This document shows positions 12,072 to 28,410 of a stretch of DNA of 64,000 nt, one piece after another. This DNA comes from the human T2T-CHM13v2.0 reference genome, Homo sapiens, in assembly GCF_009914755.1 (NCBI RefSeq), contig NC_060942.1; one strand, given 5' to 3'. Each line of letters starts with the position of its first letter. Position 1 is the first letter of the stretch. The notes under the pieces were generated by a model. It had not been told where the DNA came from. It saw only the letters and a program-made list of their open reading frames with translations, and ran no database searches. A program made the translations under genes and the position numbers.

Positions 12072-12874
12072 CTTATAAAATCAGCCTCTCTTAACCTAAA
12101 AGGAAGAAGATAAAATTGTATCAATATTCCCATAAGCTGTGTTTCACAGTATCTCTGAACACATATCAAACCCTTAATAGCTAAGTGTTCTACTAGTTTA
12201 ATTAGTTTTCCTCACTCTATATGAGTAGTATTCCCAACAACGCAGCATTACATTTTGTGTCTCAAATTCAGTAAAGGAAAGCTTCATATATAAAACAGAA
12301 CAGTGCTCTAAGCATTAGAGGAGGAAGATTTAGAACACTCTCTGTTCCCCATCTACTCTGTGACATGTAACATTTTGCTAATCGCAAATAGCCCTTGATA
12401 GAGATATTTGGAAATGGAAGCATTGCGCGTGTGTATGTTTCTTCTGCTAGCTGTTATTGGAAGAGATGCGTGTAGTGTTTTGCATTGACAGTAAAACTAC
12501 TGTACCTTGCAAGAAAGTGTTTAGAATTTAACTAAAACTTCGGGGAGGATTGCAAAATAAAATGTTAGCCATATTTTTGGACATAAAGAAAACGTGTCTA
12601 AATTATGTGGAAAAACTCTACAAGGTGATGAAATCAGTACTCAAGTGAAATATGGTTTAAAATATGTACTTTGGAAAAAAATAAACATTATAAAATGAAT
12701 AAAAGCAGAAATTTTGATTAAATATAGAAATAAAATGTAGTCTTCTTTCCTAAATACACAAGAGTTTAAGCATGGAGTGGTAAAAATCAATACGAAATTC
12801 ACCAATAATCACACATAAAGAAGGTAAGCCAAATATTCAATTACATATTATTTCATTGGTATTTACCTTTTGCT

Positions 12875-13000
12875 TGATAGTGTTTCAAACACTGTTATGT
12901 ATTATTTCATTTAATCCTCAAAATATCCCTATGAGGGAGATTTTTATACCCGTGGAGGCGCAGAGAACCTAAGACACTTACTATCAGAATTATAGTCTTA
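12875..13000 (-). mobile_element. MIR fragment
   Basis: ATTTCATTTAATCCTCAAAATATCCCTATGAG...GGAGGCGCAGAGA core. Confidence 0.6.
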
Positions 13001-13779
13001 CCCAAATAAATGTATAAATATATTACAATAAGGAAGCTTTTATCTAGTAGATATTAATTATATTTTAAGTCACTGAATTTCGCTGAAAAAACAAGATAAA
13101 ATACAGAAACTTACCTGATTATTATATAATTTCATATAAGATGTCATTATTTATAAGTGATTAAATAATATTGCATCTAGTAAATATTGCAGATAAATTT
13201 GGCTGCCAAGAGTAAATAAATTCTAATTTCAGAGCATTTATCAAAGTTAATTCTAGGTATAACATGATAAAAATAAAACACTTCCAACTGCAGAGAATAT
13301 TTTTAAGCATGAAAGGAATAATTCATAATTATCCCATAATTTGTAAGAACAATATGAATAAATTTATGGATATAAATGTTAAATATATATTTAGATACAT
13401 GTTTAAAATTGAATGTTAAATTCAGACTGTGAAAATATTGAAAGAAAAATTGGTAGACAAAGGGTTTACAATTTACAGTATATATGGAAACTTTATCATG
13501 CAGATAAGAATAAGGCAGAAAGAAGGAGGAAAAAAAGGAAAGATGGAAAGAAGGAAGAAAGAAAAGAAGGAAGGAAAATTTAATAAAATAAGGAAAAAGG
13601 AAGTACAGAATATTAATTGGCAATCAGAAATCAGACAATTCTAATGGTCCATAAACTAAGAAAACGTACTAACCTTATCAGTAACCCATAGCGTGCAGAT
13701 TCAAATAGAAGTAAATTATCATTTTTAGCTGATATTTGGGTTGTGGATTGGGAGCAGAGGAAATAGAAAAATATCATTA

Positions 13780-13950
13780 AAAAGAAAAAATGATGTCGCT
13801 TGCATATTGTAGTGAAAGTGAGAATAACTATCATGTTTTCTAAAGTACCCTGGCACGCTGTTACCAAATTATAAATTCATATTACCTTTGCTTCATAAAT
13901 CCCACTTTGGGAGTCTATTTCACAGAAATAAAAGCACCAGAACATGAATA
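13780..13950 (+). mobile_element. Old L1ME ORF2 3' fragment
   Basis: TACCTTTGCTTCATAAATCCCACTTTGGGAGTCTATTTCACAGAAATA resembles the conserved L1 C-terminal segment. Confidence 0.55.
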
Positions 13951-14019
13951 TGCACTCCATGGTAGGTCTGCAAACGCTGTTGGAGTCAGGAGGCTTGGCT
14001 CCTCTTGTTGGACAGGGTG

Positions 14020-14545
14020 TGAAAGGTTAATCCACGAAATGCATAACAGTTTTTTGCCCAAAATGTCTACTTAATTGCACATTGAGTAGCTGTAACAAAC
14101 TGTGAACATACCAGTAGAATTTAATTAAGTATATGCAAACTATCTCTGAGAGTCTTAAAATTTTCTAAAATTTCATGTATTGAAAATAACAGATAATAAA
14201 TTTTAATGTAAGGCAATATCAAAGCACATTAAATTATTTTGAGAGGATGAGGATTGCAATCACAATCTTACTCTACAGAATCATTCTGAAACTTCAATAA
14301 GGATGTTGACTTCAACAATGAATCAAATGATTCTTTGTTGCTCCCCATGACATACAAAAAGCTGTGTTTGTTTATGAGGCAAAATCTGGCTTATAGCACC
14401 ACACTACATTTCGGACTCTTTCGTTTTGTAATTGTGTTTTTTAGTCACCTTATTTATTTGTCATGACATCTATATTGCCTTTTAACAACAATTCCCAGTT
14501 GATAATCTTAAATGTGCCCAAATTAATGTGATGGTTGTCTTTGGT
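14020..14545. mobile_element. Possible hAT (Blackjack-like) DNA transposon remnant
   Basis: Ends TCCCAGTTGATAATCTTAAATGTGCCCAAATTAATGTGATGG, reminiscent of hAT-Blackjack termini; family uncertain. Confidence 0.35.
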
Positions 14546-14589
14546 GTTTTAATTAAGACATTTTTAGAAGTAATAGATAAAAATTTTTG

Positions 14590-14810
14590 GACACTTTTTG
14601 TGGCTTGGAATTGTTGTGAACACTTTACATATACTAATTTTAATTCTCTCAACAAACCTTTTAAATATTGCCATAGCATTGTTCTTGTTGTATAGAACAG
14701 AATAAACAAGCCACAGACAAATTTGGCCAGGTCATCCAGCTACAAAATGTTACCGTGGGATTTGAGTCTAGGCAATTTGCTCCCAGAACCCAAATACTTG
14801 ACCGCATTTT
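14590..14810 (-). mobile_element. MIR
   Basis: CACTTTACATATACTAATTTTAATTCTCTCAACAAACC...GGTCATCCAGCT...GGATTTGAGTCTAGGCAATTTGCTCCCAGAACCC. Confidence 0.75.
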
Positions 14811-15179
14811 CATCTTTAGATACCCATCAACACATAGTTTAAGGCTCATTACAATGTATAATGCTGTACATATCACTTAGAAACTTGATTTAATTATGCA
14901 AAGATATTGCCTAATATCAAGTGTCTCAGTGCTAGTGGTATTTCATGGTTTGGGTTGCTGCAGAAAAGAATTTGCCATCATAAATTCAATTCCTATTTCT
15001 ACCATACAATATTTGAGTGATGTTAAGCAAGATGCAAAAAAATTATAAGTTTAGTTTTCTACCCAAAGGTAAATGAAAAATGTCTACACTATAGAATTCT
15101 TGTGCGGAGTAAATGAACTAATAGACAAGAAAAACTTTCTGGAAAAATTCACCACGTAGAGATTTAAAGAAAAGCTATG

Positions 15180-16015
15180 AACATAGTAAAGATAGTTTTC
15201 ATATACCATAATTATTGGGCATTTATTATGGATTGGGAAATTATCCTTGTGGTTAGTATCTTTCATTGTTGTAATACATTTATCATACTTAATGAACCAC
15301 AATTGAATATCATTATTAACTAACATCCGTACTTGATTCAGGTTTCCTTGGATTTTACCTAATGTCCTTTTTCAGTTTCTGTATCCCATACGGTATACCA
15401 CATCACATTTAGTTGCCGTGTATCTTGACTGTAATAATTTTTTTAAACCTTCTTTATTTCTGAAGACCTTGACTGTTTCAGGAGTAGTGGTCAGGTGTTT
15501 TGTAGAACGTGTCTCAATTAGAATTTGCTGACTTGGTCTCACAGTTAGCCTGGGGTTATGGGATTTGGGGAAGAAGACCAGAAGTAAAGTGCCATTATCT
15601 TCACATTATACCAAGAGTGCATATATCCTATCAACATGACTTTGGACTGTGGATATTAAATTTGATCACCTGAGTGAGATAGTATTTGTCGGGTTTCTCC
15701 ACCATAAAATCACCCCGTTTTCTCTCTTTCCATACTGTACTCTTAGGAAGGATGTCACCAGGCATAGCCCACACTTAAGGAGTGAAAATTTGTTTTCCAT
15801 ATACCTAAGGGTAGTGTATCTAGATAAATTATTTGGAATTATTCTTTACAAAAGATTTGTCTATTTTCTCCAAATTGTTTATTTATTTCATTATTGATTT
15901 ATGTAGGTATGGACTCATGGCTTTGTCATCAAATTACTTTATTTATTTTTCTCAAAATTTTCCAGCTTTGTCCATTGGGAGAGCCTCCAGGTGGCTCCTT
16001 TACTCCTTTGACATT
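15180..16015 (-). mobile_element. L1MC-type 3' end
   Basis: ATCATTATTAACTAACATCCGTACTTGATTCAGGTTTCC...TAAATTTGATCACCTG...CATAGCCCACACTTAAGGAGTG is the reverse of L1MC 3' UTR. Confidence 0.82.
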
Positions 16016-16396
16016 CTTTTATCATTAACCAGCCAAGATGTTAAACAATTTATCCATTTTCATTAAAAAATTAAGTATAAGACTGTCATTCCTTGTTGTA
16101 GGGGATAGTGAATTGTTTTGTTTTTCTAACTTTTTTTCATTTTTAAAGGAACTTAACGTTTTGCTCATAGTCCAATGAGTGGATTGTCAAATTATGTGCC
16201 CATACATGTATGATCCCTTCTAACCAATTCTTTGAATGTGAAAACTAATTATTATTTAAATCCAATGTATGTAAAAAATTTTCTATGTAAAATTTCTGAA
16301 TGATTTGAAAACCAGCAAACAAAAGACCTCAATTGGAAATATATAGGTGTGTTATAGATACCAAACTACAATTTGTAATTATATATCTTAATTTTG

Positions 16397-18747
16397 TGGC
16401 ACTTACTCTAAAATCAATCACATAATTGGAAGTAAAACTCTGCTCAGCAAATGCAAAAGAATTGAAATAATAACAGTCTTTTGGACCACAGTGCAATCAA
16501 AATGGCAATCAAGACTAAGAAATTTGTTCAAAACCATACAATTACATGGAACATGAATAACCTGTTCCTGAATGACTTTTGAGTAAATAATGAAATTAAG
16601 GTAGAAATCAAGTTTTTTGAAATGAATGAGAACAAAGATACAATGTACCAGAATCTCTGGGAAGCAGCTAAGGCAGTGTTAACAGGGAAATTTATAGCAC
16701 TATATGCCCGCACCAGAAAGTTAGAAAGATCTCAAGTTAACAACGTAACTCACAACTAAAAGAACTAAAGAACTCATAGCAAACAAACCCTGAAGCTAGC
16801 AGCAGACAATAACCAAAATCAGAGCTTAACTGAAGGAGACAGAGACACGAAAAACTATTCAAAAGACCAGTGAATCCAGGAGCTGGTATTTTGAGAAAAT
16901 TAATAAAATACATAGATCACTAGCTAGACTAATAAAGAAGAAAAGAGAGAAGATTCAAATAAACACAACCAGTAATGATAAGAGGGATATTACCATTGAC
17001 ACCACAGAAATACAAATAACCATCAAAGAATATTATGAACACCTCTATGCACATAAACTAGAAAATCTAGAAGAAATGCATAAATTCCTGGACATATACA
17101 CCCTCCCAAGACTGAACCAGGAAGAAATCAAATCCCTGAACAGATCAATAATGAGTTCTGATACCAAGGCATCAATAAATAGCCTACCAACCAAAAAAGC
17201 CCATTACCAGTCAGATTTACAGCTGAATTCTACCAGATGTACAAAGAAGAGCTGGTACCATTCCTAATGAAACTATTCCAAAAAATTGAGGAGGAGGAGG
17301 GACTCCTCCCTAACTCATTCTATGAGGCCAGCCTCATCCTGATACCAAAACCTGGCAGAGATACAACAACAAAAAAAGGAAATTTCAGGCCAATATCTCC
17401 TGTAAACATTGAGGCAAAAATTTTCAAGAAAACACTGGCAAACTGCCATCAGCACATCAAAAAGCTTATCCACCATGATCAAGTAGGCTTCATGCCCAGA
17501 ATGCAAGTTTGACTCAACATACACAAACCAATAAATGTGATTCATCATATAAACAGAACTAAAGATAAAAACCACAGATGCAGAAAAGTCTGTCAATATA
17601 ATTCAACAAACCTTCATGTTAAAAACTCTCAAACTAGGCTTTGAAGGAATATACATCAAAATAATAAGAGCAACCTATGACAAACCCACAGCCAACATTA
17701 TGGGCAAAAGCTGGAAGCATTCCCCTTGAAAACCAGTACAAGACAAGGGTGCCCTCTGTCACGACTCCTGTTCAACATAGTATTAAAATTCTGGCCCGGG
17801 TAATCAGGCAAGAGAAAGAAATAAAGTGCATTCAAATCTGAAAAGAGGAAGTCAAACTATCCGTGTTTGCAGATGACATGATCCTATATCTAGAAAACCC
17901 CCTAATCTTAGCCCAGAGCTTCTTAGGCTCATAAACAACTTCAGCAAAGTCTCATGATACAAAATCAATGTGCAAAAATCACTAGCATGTCTGTATACCA
18001 ACAACGGTCAAGCAAAGAACCAAATCAGGAATGAACTCCCATTCACAGCTGCCACAAAAAGAATAAAATATCTAGGAATGCAGCTAACTAGGCAGGTGAA
18101 AAATCTCTACAGGCAGAACTACAAGCCACTTCTCAAAGAAATCAGAGACGACACAAACATATGGAGAAACATTACATGTTCATGCATAGGAAGAATCAAT
18201 ATTGTGAAAAAGGCCATAATGCCTAAAGCAATTTATAGATTCAATGCTATTACCATTAAACTACCATTTACATTCTTCACAGAACTAGAAAAAAAAATTA
18301 AAATTCATATGGAACCAAAAAAGAGGCCGAATAGCCAAGGCAATCCTACGCAAAAAGAACAAAGCTGAAGGCATCATGCTACCTGACTTCAAACTACACT
18401 ACAGGGCTACAGTAACCAAAAGCATGGTACTGGAACAATAACAGACACATAGAACAATGGAAAAGAATAGAGAACCCAGAAATAAGACTGAACACCCACA
18501 ACTCTCTGATCTTTGACAAACTTGACAAAAACAAGCAATAGGGAAAAGATTTCGTATTCAATAAATGGTGCTGGGATAACTGGCTAGTCATATGCAGAAA
18601 GTTAAAACTGGACTCCTTCCTTACACCAGATACAAAAATTAACTCAAGGTGGATTTAGTACTTAAATGTAAAACCAAAAAGTATAAAAACCCTGGAAGAT
18701 AACCTAGGCAATATCATGTGGGACATAGGCATAGGCAAAGATTTCAT
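16397..18747 (+). mobile_element. Primate L1PA (mid-age) ORF2 internal fragment, both ends missing
   Basis: ORF pieces [30 protein letters not shown]...FRPIS, GTGTTTGCAGATGACATGATCCTATAT (FADDMILY); multiple stops/frameshifts; no 3' UTR. Confidence 0.95.
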
Positions 18748-20759
18748 AGCATATTTTTTCTATGTCATTTTGATTGAAATAAAAATGAAGATTTTAGGGT
18801 GAGTGAAAACAAGAAAAAGTATGAGAAAAAAAGTAAATTTATCTATACTAAAATGAAATCCCCAAATGCCTCAATTTTAAGTCACTATTGACTTATTCAC
18901 AGTGAAAACTACCTTAATTCAACCTATACCTTTAAAATGGTGTGCTACTAGAGATACATTTTTTAATAAGAAGGCAGGCAAGGAACTGCTTTGTGAGAAT
19001 TATTTAAGTGATGCATATGCTTCTAATGCTTTTAAGAATATTTACCTCCCCAAAAAAGAATATCATACATAAATATCTTCCCATCCATGATATAATTATG
19101 TAAACTGTGAATTACAAGTTAAGCAACCTTATTAAATTCATTTTAATTATATTTTATTTTTATATTTAAAATTTAATATTGACCTATTTTATAACGTTAC
19201 TTACATTTAAAATTTAATTGCCCAGATATATAACGATCTACCACTACAGCGGTAGCTATTAGTGCATTGGGGTAATTCCATGGTTGATTCATTTTACTTT
19301 TGCAGCTGAAAAAACCTCATGCTGAGCAGAGAGGCATCTAATTTGCTCATCATCCATGCTGGAAGCTTTTTTTGTCTATTAGCTTTGACCTTTATGACCT
19401 AAAAAAGTGTGGTAATATTTTACAGTTAATAACACAAAAGAAGAGAATAACTGAAAATAAAATATATGAGTAAGAAATTCATTTTAAACCCTGATTTTAA
19501 AAATTAATTCAACTTTAGAATTGATAGATTTGCTTGATCAATTACTGGCAATCTGTAGTGGGTAGAAAATTCTGAGCCTCTTTTCAGCATACTTATTAGC
19601 AGCAAGGTTTAACAAAGATGGAAAATTAAACTTCAATGATGACTTTATGCTTTAGATTTTTATAACACAAAATACACATAGATTTTTATTTCAATCAAAT
19701 TCAAGACTTACAGCTATATTATTTATCATCAAGTGAAACCTTCAGAAAGATGAATTCCTAAAGCTAGGGACATACCTCTGTGAAACGCTTCCCTCACTTG
19801 CTATCTAAAATATGTTTCCTATTTCTACATCAATTCCCATATCTATATTATTTCTTCACCTTTCTTTTCAGTTAATTGAGAGAAAAAAGTGAAATAAAGG
19901 AATAGAATGATCCAGATAAGTAGAAAAAGATTACAATCTACTGTCAAGGAATCAACCTTATCCATTGATTATAACGTAATTATTCCTTCTTTCCATGCAT
20001 CTTATCCATGAATGTTATTTAATCTAATCTTTTGAAAGTGATTTCCTCTAAAGAGACTAAATTACTACTGTGTAATTATGTAAAGAGTTCAAAGAGCCAT
20101 TGAAAGTTGTAATACAAGGGAGTTATTTGGTAGAGGAAAACAACTAAATTAAGTTTAACTTGCATTTTAATTTGTCATTAACGGTGCTGAAAACACCTAC
20201 AGCAAACCAAATTCATGCTTTTGTGTCTGAATTACGTAATTTTAACTTCTAAATTATGTAGCCTATATGAAAGAGCTCTACTTTAGGTCTTTCATAATTA
20301 TCATAATAAACTACATATATCCTACCCAATCAAGTGTTTGTTGTGGTTTTATGTGTTATGTAAGTTGGATACTGTGAAAATAATCCAGTGATCAAATTTC
20401 ATACTTACTGTTATAAATTAAACATTCTATGTACTTTTAATAGTATATTGTATAAATATAAAGTCTCCCATCAATCACTATTTATGTCAATAGCTACATT
20501 TATATTTTAAAAACACTTTGCATATATCTTTGTACCATTGCACAAGTATTTTTGAAGTATAAATTTCTAAAAATAAAAATGGTAGTTATAAATAATTCAT
20601 AATTCTGAATTTTAAATATATTATTAAAATAGTCTAGAAAATGTTCTTACCAATTTGCATAAAATCATCAAGAGTGAAATAAAGCTTTGTTATATGTTTT
20701 CACATTACCTATTTACCAACCTAACAGGGGCAAAATTTTAAATCATCTGCTTTTGGCTA

Positions 20760-21720
20760 CGATATATTTGCTTCTAGAAGATTAATATCCCTCTGCAAAC
20801 ATGTTAAAAAGTAGAAAATAAGGATATAAGTGCATTAAAAGTATCAAATAAAATGTTATTTTAGTACATTAAAGAACTATTTAGTTAACCAGGACTTTAG
20901 ATACCAGAATCCTGAAGAAACCATGAGAGCAGAGAAAGCAGTAGAGCTTTCTGGAGGAAAGTAAGCTCATTTACAACCCTCCACAAAGTTTCAAATACCT
21001 GCTATTCATTAAAAATGACAACTATCAAATACTTGGTATCCCTTAAAAAATTACAAGGTAGGGAAATATACACGACCAAATGAGGGAAAACTATGAGAAA
21101 AAACAAAAAACAAACTACAAAAACACCTGACATTAGAAAAGGACCCATGGAGATTTTGGTATTGGCTCTGTTATCAGACAGAGGTCTTAAAATACAACGC
21201 TATTATCTTCAACAGGAATGAGACTAATAAGGTGGAAGACAAGGTCAAGACAAAATCTCTAAAATAAGTATTCAAAAAAGATGATAAAAAAAGATAAAAA
21301 GCAAGAAATTCAAGTAGAAATGGAGAGAATTAATAGAAGAAAATAGTAATATCTGCAGAATCAGTGCCTGAGAATTCATAAAATAGATATAGGCAACAAA
21401 TCGCATATGCAAAATATCTGCAAATCTAAGCAGTATACATACAAATAAAGCTACATGAAAGCACTTCACACCATGCTGAAAAAAACACAAAAAAAACTAC
21501 TTAAAAAGCAATCTAATATTAAAAAGCATATTTATGTCTTTTTAAACAATAAAAACAATAACAGTGACACCTGAATTTTTAGAGGAGCAGTAGAAGCCAG
21601 AAGACAATAATTGATGTTTTAAAAGGATGAAAGAAAATAACTGTCAAACTATAAGTATATTCCAGCAAATATATCCATAAAAATAAATACATATAACAGT
21701 TCATTGATGATGTGTAAAAT
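20760..21720 (+). mobile_element. Old L1M 5'/ORF1 remnant
   Basis: GTTATCAGACAGAGGTCTTAAAATAC and GTAGAAGCCAGAAGACAATAATTGATGTTTTAAAAGGATGAAAGAAAATAACTGTCAAACT ORF1 words. Confidence 0.7.
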
Positions 21721-22599
21721 AAACACTATAACTTTTGTTTTACTTTTGTGACTTAAATTTTTTTAACCATGTGCCTAAAACCAGTTTAAGAATTAACTTA
21801 CCCATTGGACATTTATGCCTTTAAATGAATGGTACAAACACTTTCACCTATGTCCTGTATCTTCCAAGCTACAGGCTTCACAATCTGGAAAAAATAAAAA
21901 TAAACAGTTTCTCTGCTTACTTTTAGAATTTATAAGTAAGTCTTTGAATATGTTAAATGGAATTGCTGTTAAAATTACTGTGAATAATAGCAACTCCTAC
22001 TCCTAAATAAGATGTATTTTGTGAAATCTGGATGTTTTAATTCTTTTGACATCTAGTGATATTTTATGCAGTAAACTAGAAAAATTTTTAAAAAGAGTAT
22101 TTTGTGCATTAAATTAGTCCTTTACTTAAAGCCATAAACACGTGGATTTATTGTTAGATAACTCAGTCTGACAAGTACAAAGAGACTGTAAACTGTTGAA
22201 CCTTGACAAATATCTAGGGAAAAATACTGAATAAAGATGTCAAAAGGTTTCCTGAAAATTATTTTTTGTTTACAGTCAGGGGAAACATACATTTTGTACT
22301 TTCCATTTTCTGTTTCTTCCAGGGATAAAATATTTAGTGTTAGCAGTGTAAATTCTATTCTTAGAGAGCTGGAGCTAAAATGGCTCAAATGGTTTAGAGC
22401 TCCAAATACTTCAGGGTATGCACAAAGGGAATTGTTTGGAGTAGTTTTCCTCTCTGTTGTAAAATGGTATTATTATGTACTTGAAAAGTTATCCAAAATG
22501 ACAAATAATTTTGAGAAGAAAAATTTCAAATGGATATGAAAACTAGAAATAGCTAATAACTTCTCTACTGTAAAATTAACATGAATGATTACATTGATT

Positions 22600-23250
22600 A
22601 ATGCATCACTATTTCATGTCTGAAATGAAGTCATGGAGCACTCCAGAGTAAGCACTGAGCTATAAACTGGTGATAGAATATTAATACAATTGACACATCT
22701 CTGCACTCATACAAATTACAGCATGAGATGAGAAGTGGAAAAATTATTAGAATACATGGTTAGGTATAGTGTGCTATGCAAACATGGAGAGAGTTTCTAA
22801 CACTAAATTAGCCATAAGGAAGGATTAAGAATTTCAGGTAGAAGGGACAAGGTCAATCCTCAAGGCCTTGACATGTTAAGGACTTAGAAGTATAATCGGC
22901 ATGGTAAATTAACAGCCAGTCAGGACCAGAGCTAGTGGAAAGGTAGTTGTGAAGGCCTTAGTATCTCATGTCACAAAACTTGGGATATTTTTTCAGAATA
23001 ACAGGAAACCACTGAAGAGTTTAACCATTGCTAGCTTTTGATTATTGTATATTTCAGGCAGGTACCATAGTGGCATGTGAGGGACAGATTAAAAAATTGT
23101 CAGGGCTAAGGGACAAAGGAATCTGCTAGGCTAAGACCAGGATTAGGAAAAAATATGATATTAGGTAGTTTTAATGGGGATGGAGAGAGGAGAATGAATA
23201 TGAGAAACTTAAAAGAATGGTGGTGATTTTATAATTAATGTGATTATTTT
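22600..23250 (-). mobile_element. L2 remnant
   Basis: GGAAACCACTGAAGAGTTTAA, AATGGGGATGGAGAGAGG and similar reverse-L2 words. Confidence 0.55.
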
Positions 23251-23414
23251 ATTAATGTGAACGGTCTAACTCTCTGCAGTGAAAACTATTGAAAACAGGG
23301 GCTGATCTGTCTTTGCTCCGTATCCATCCCATGACCCTAGAAGGGTGCTGAGTTCATAACTAATCAATGAATGTATTTTTGAACTGGTGACATTCATACT
23401 TCTAAAAATAATTC

Positions 23415-26850
<3,436 letters not shown>

Positions 26851-26899
26851 AGAATATGCCCTGGAAATTATTTTTAAAAACTGTGTTTCACACTGGAAT

Positions 26900-27240
26900 A
26901 TTCAACTGAGTCAAATATGGCAGATACATAAAATGAGGATGAAATATTAACCAAGGGATTCATATACTGAGGGTTACCGGTGTTGATAGCAGGACATCGC
27001 TGCGGCCCTGCCTTTATATCCAGAGATGCATTTAACTTGCTTGTGTGTGCATCCCCACCTTTGTCCATTCTGCTACTGCCCTCTCACACCTGCAATCTTC
27101 TGAAGAGTGTTAGCCCCTACCGTGGAGTGATGGGTTTCTTTCCCTTTAAATTAGACAGATGTGTCATCCATTCTGACTCATATCATGGTGCATTGACCAA
27201 GGGTGTAAAAGCTCTGGGGAATCATCCAAAATGATAACCA
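26900..27240 (-). promoter_or_regulatory. Candidate enhancer/TATA promoter (motif cluster in unique DNA)
   Basis: Minus-strand TATAAA at 27018-27013, DR1/HNF4-like TGGACAAAGGTGG (27067-27055), HNF1-like GGTTAATATTTCAT (26952-26939), AP-1 sites at 26907 and 27174, several CpGs. Motif-only evidence. Confidence 0.3.
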
Positions 27241-28410
27241 AAAATACTAATCTCTTTAATGCCTCCACTAAATCATAGACAGAATGAGATAGACCTTCAA
27301 AGTTCTAATGAAGTTCTAATGTATTTAAAGCTGTGATGTATCTAAAGCTCATGATAAGATATAAACTTTTTACCAACCAATAAAGATAAATTAGCAATAT
27401 TTCTATTTTCTCAGTAAGTTCTGTGTACATTAAGTTAAATGAGTGCTTCTAAGTAAAAGAATAAAGGTAAAGTTAATGATAATTTTATAGTTCTTTATAA
27501 AACCTTTTGCATATACTTCTCAGAAAGTGAAAAAAGATACATTAATAAAAACTAAGAAATTATATTGCAAATAAGATGATTTAAAATACTTTGCTTTCAA
27601 TAACATTGAAGAACCAACTAACAGATCCATTAGCAATAAGATATCACTAGACAATTTTTGGCATATACTAGAAATAATTTTTATAATAAAGTTATATTGC
27701 TTTAGAATAGTCCTTCAATTTTTATATGATTATTTTTTAAATAAGTTTTCTAAACTCTCAAAACAATATAAAATATTAGAAATAGAATTGATGCTAAGAG
27801 CTGTCTCATTTACTTAGTAATGAAGAAAATGAGAAAAAATCCATCTGTGTTTTTGAGATGTTTCAAAAAATTTTGTTTATGTTTTATAATTATTTATCAA
27901 AATATGTATTATGTATTTGTAGAAGATACTAACTGGAAATACAAATTCAAAGACAAGAGAAAGTGAGTGATGTAACAATCTAATAGTAAAAGATGTTATA
28001 CAGATTGGGCATCCTTCATCCAAAAATCTGAAATTCTAAATGTTCCAAAATCTGAACCCTTTTGAGCACTGACATGATGCCGTAAGTTGAAAATTTTACA
28101 ACTGACTTCTTGTGATAGTCTCCATCAAAAGAAAGGTGCACTACAATTTATTCAGCATCCTCACGGGCAAAAAACAAAAACAAAAGAGCCTCCCAAACTT
28201 TTTCAGCTGTAATATGTCTTTTCTGTGCATATCCAGATTCCCCTACACAAACACTTCCACAAAGGGTAGTAAAATGGCACGTGTGCAGGCTGGATGGCCA
28301 AGGACAGGATCCCTGCAATGCCCCACATGCGACCAAGACCTACCTGCATTACTCAGCATTTTTTTTTTTTTGTACCTTCTCCGTTCTGCAGTTCGAAGAT
28401 ATTTTGGAAA

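Noticed and set aside
17076-18368. ORFs with reverse-transcriptase-like sequence as an active RT system
   Set aside because: Fragments of one decayed L1PA ORF2 with stops and frameshifts, lacking 5' and 3' ends.
19290-19480. Acceptor TTTTACTTTTGCAG and donor GAGTAAG as an exon
   Set aside because: No recognisable reading frame; such motifs are frequent by chance in AT-rich DNA.
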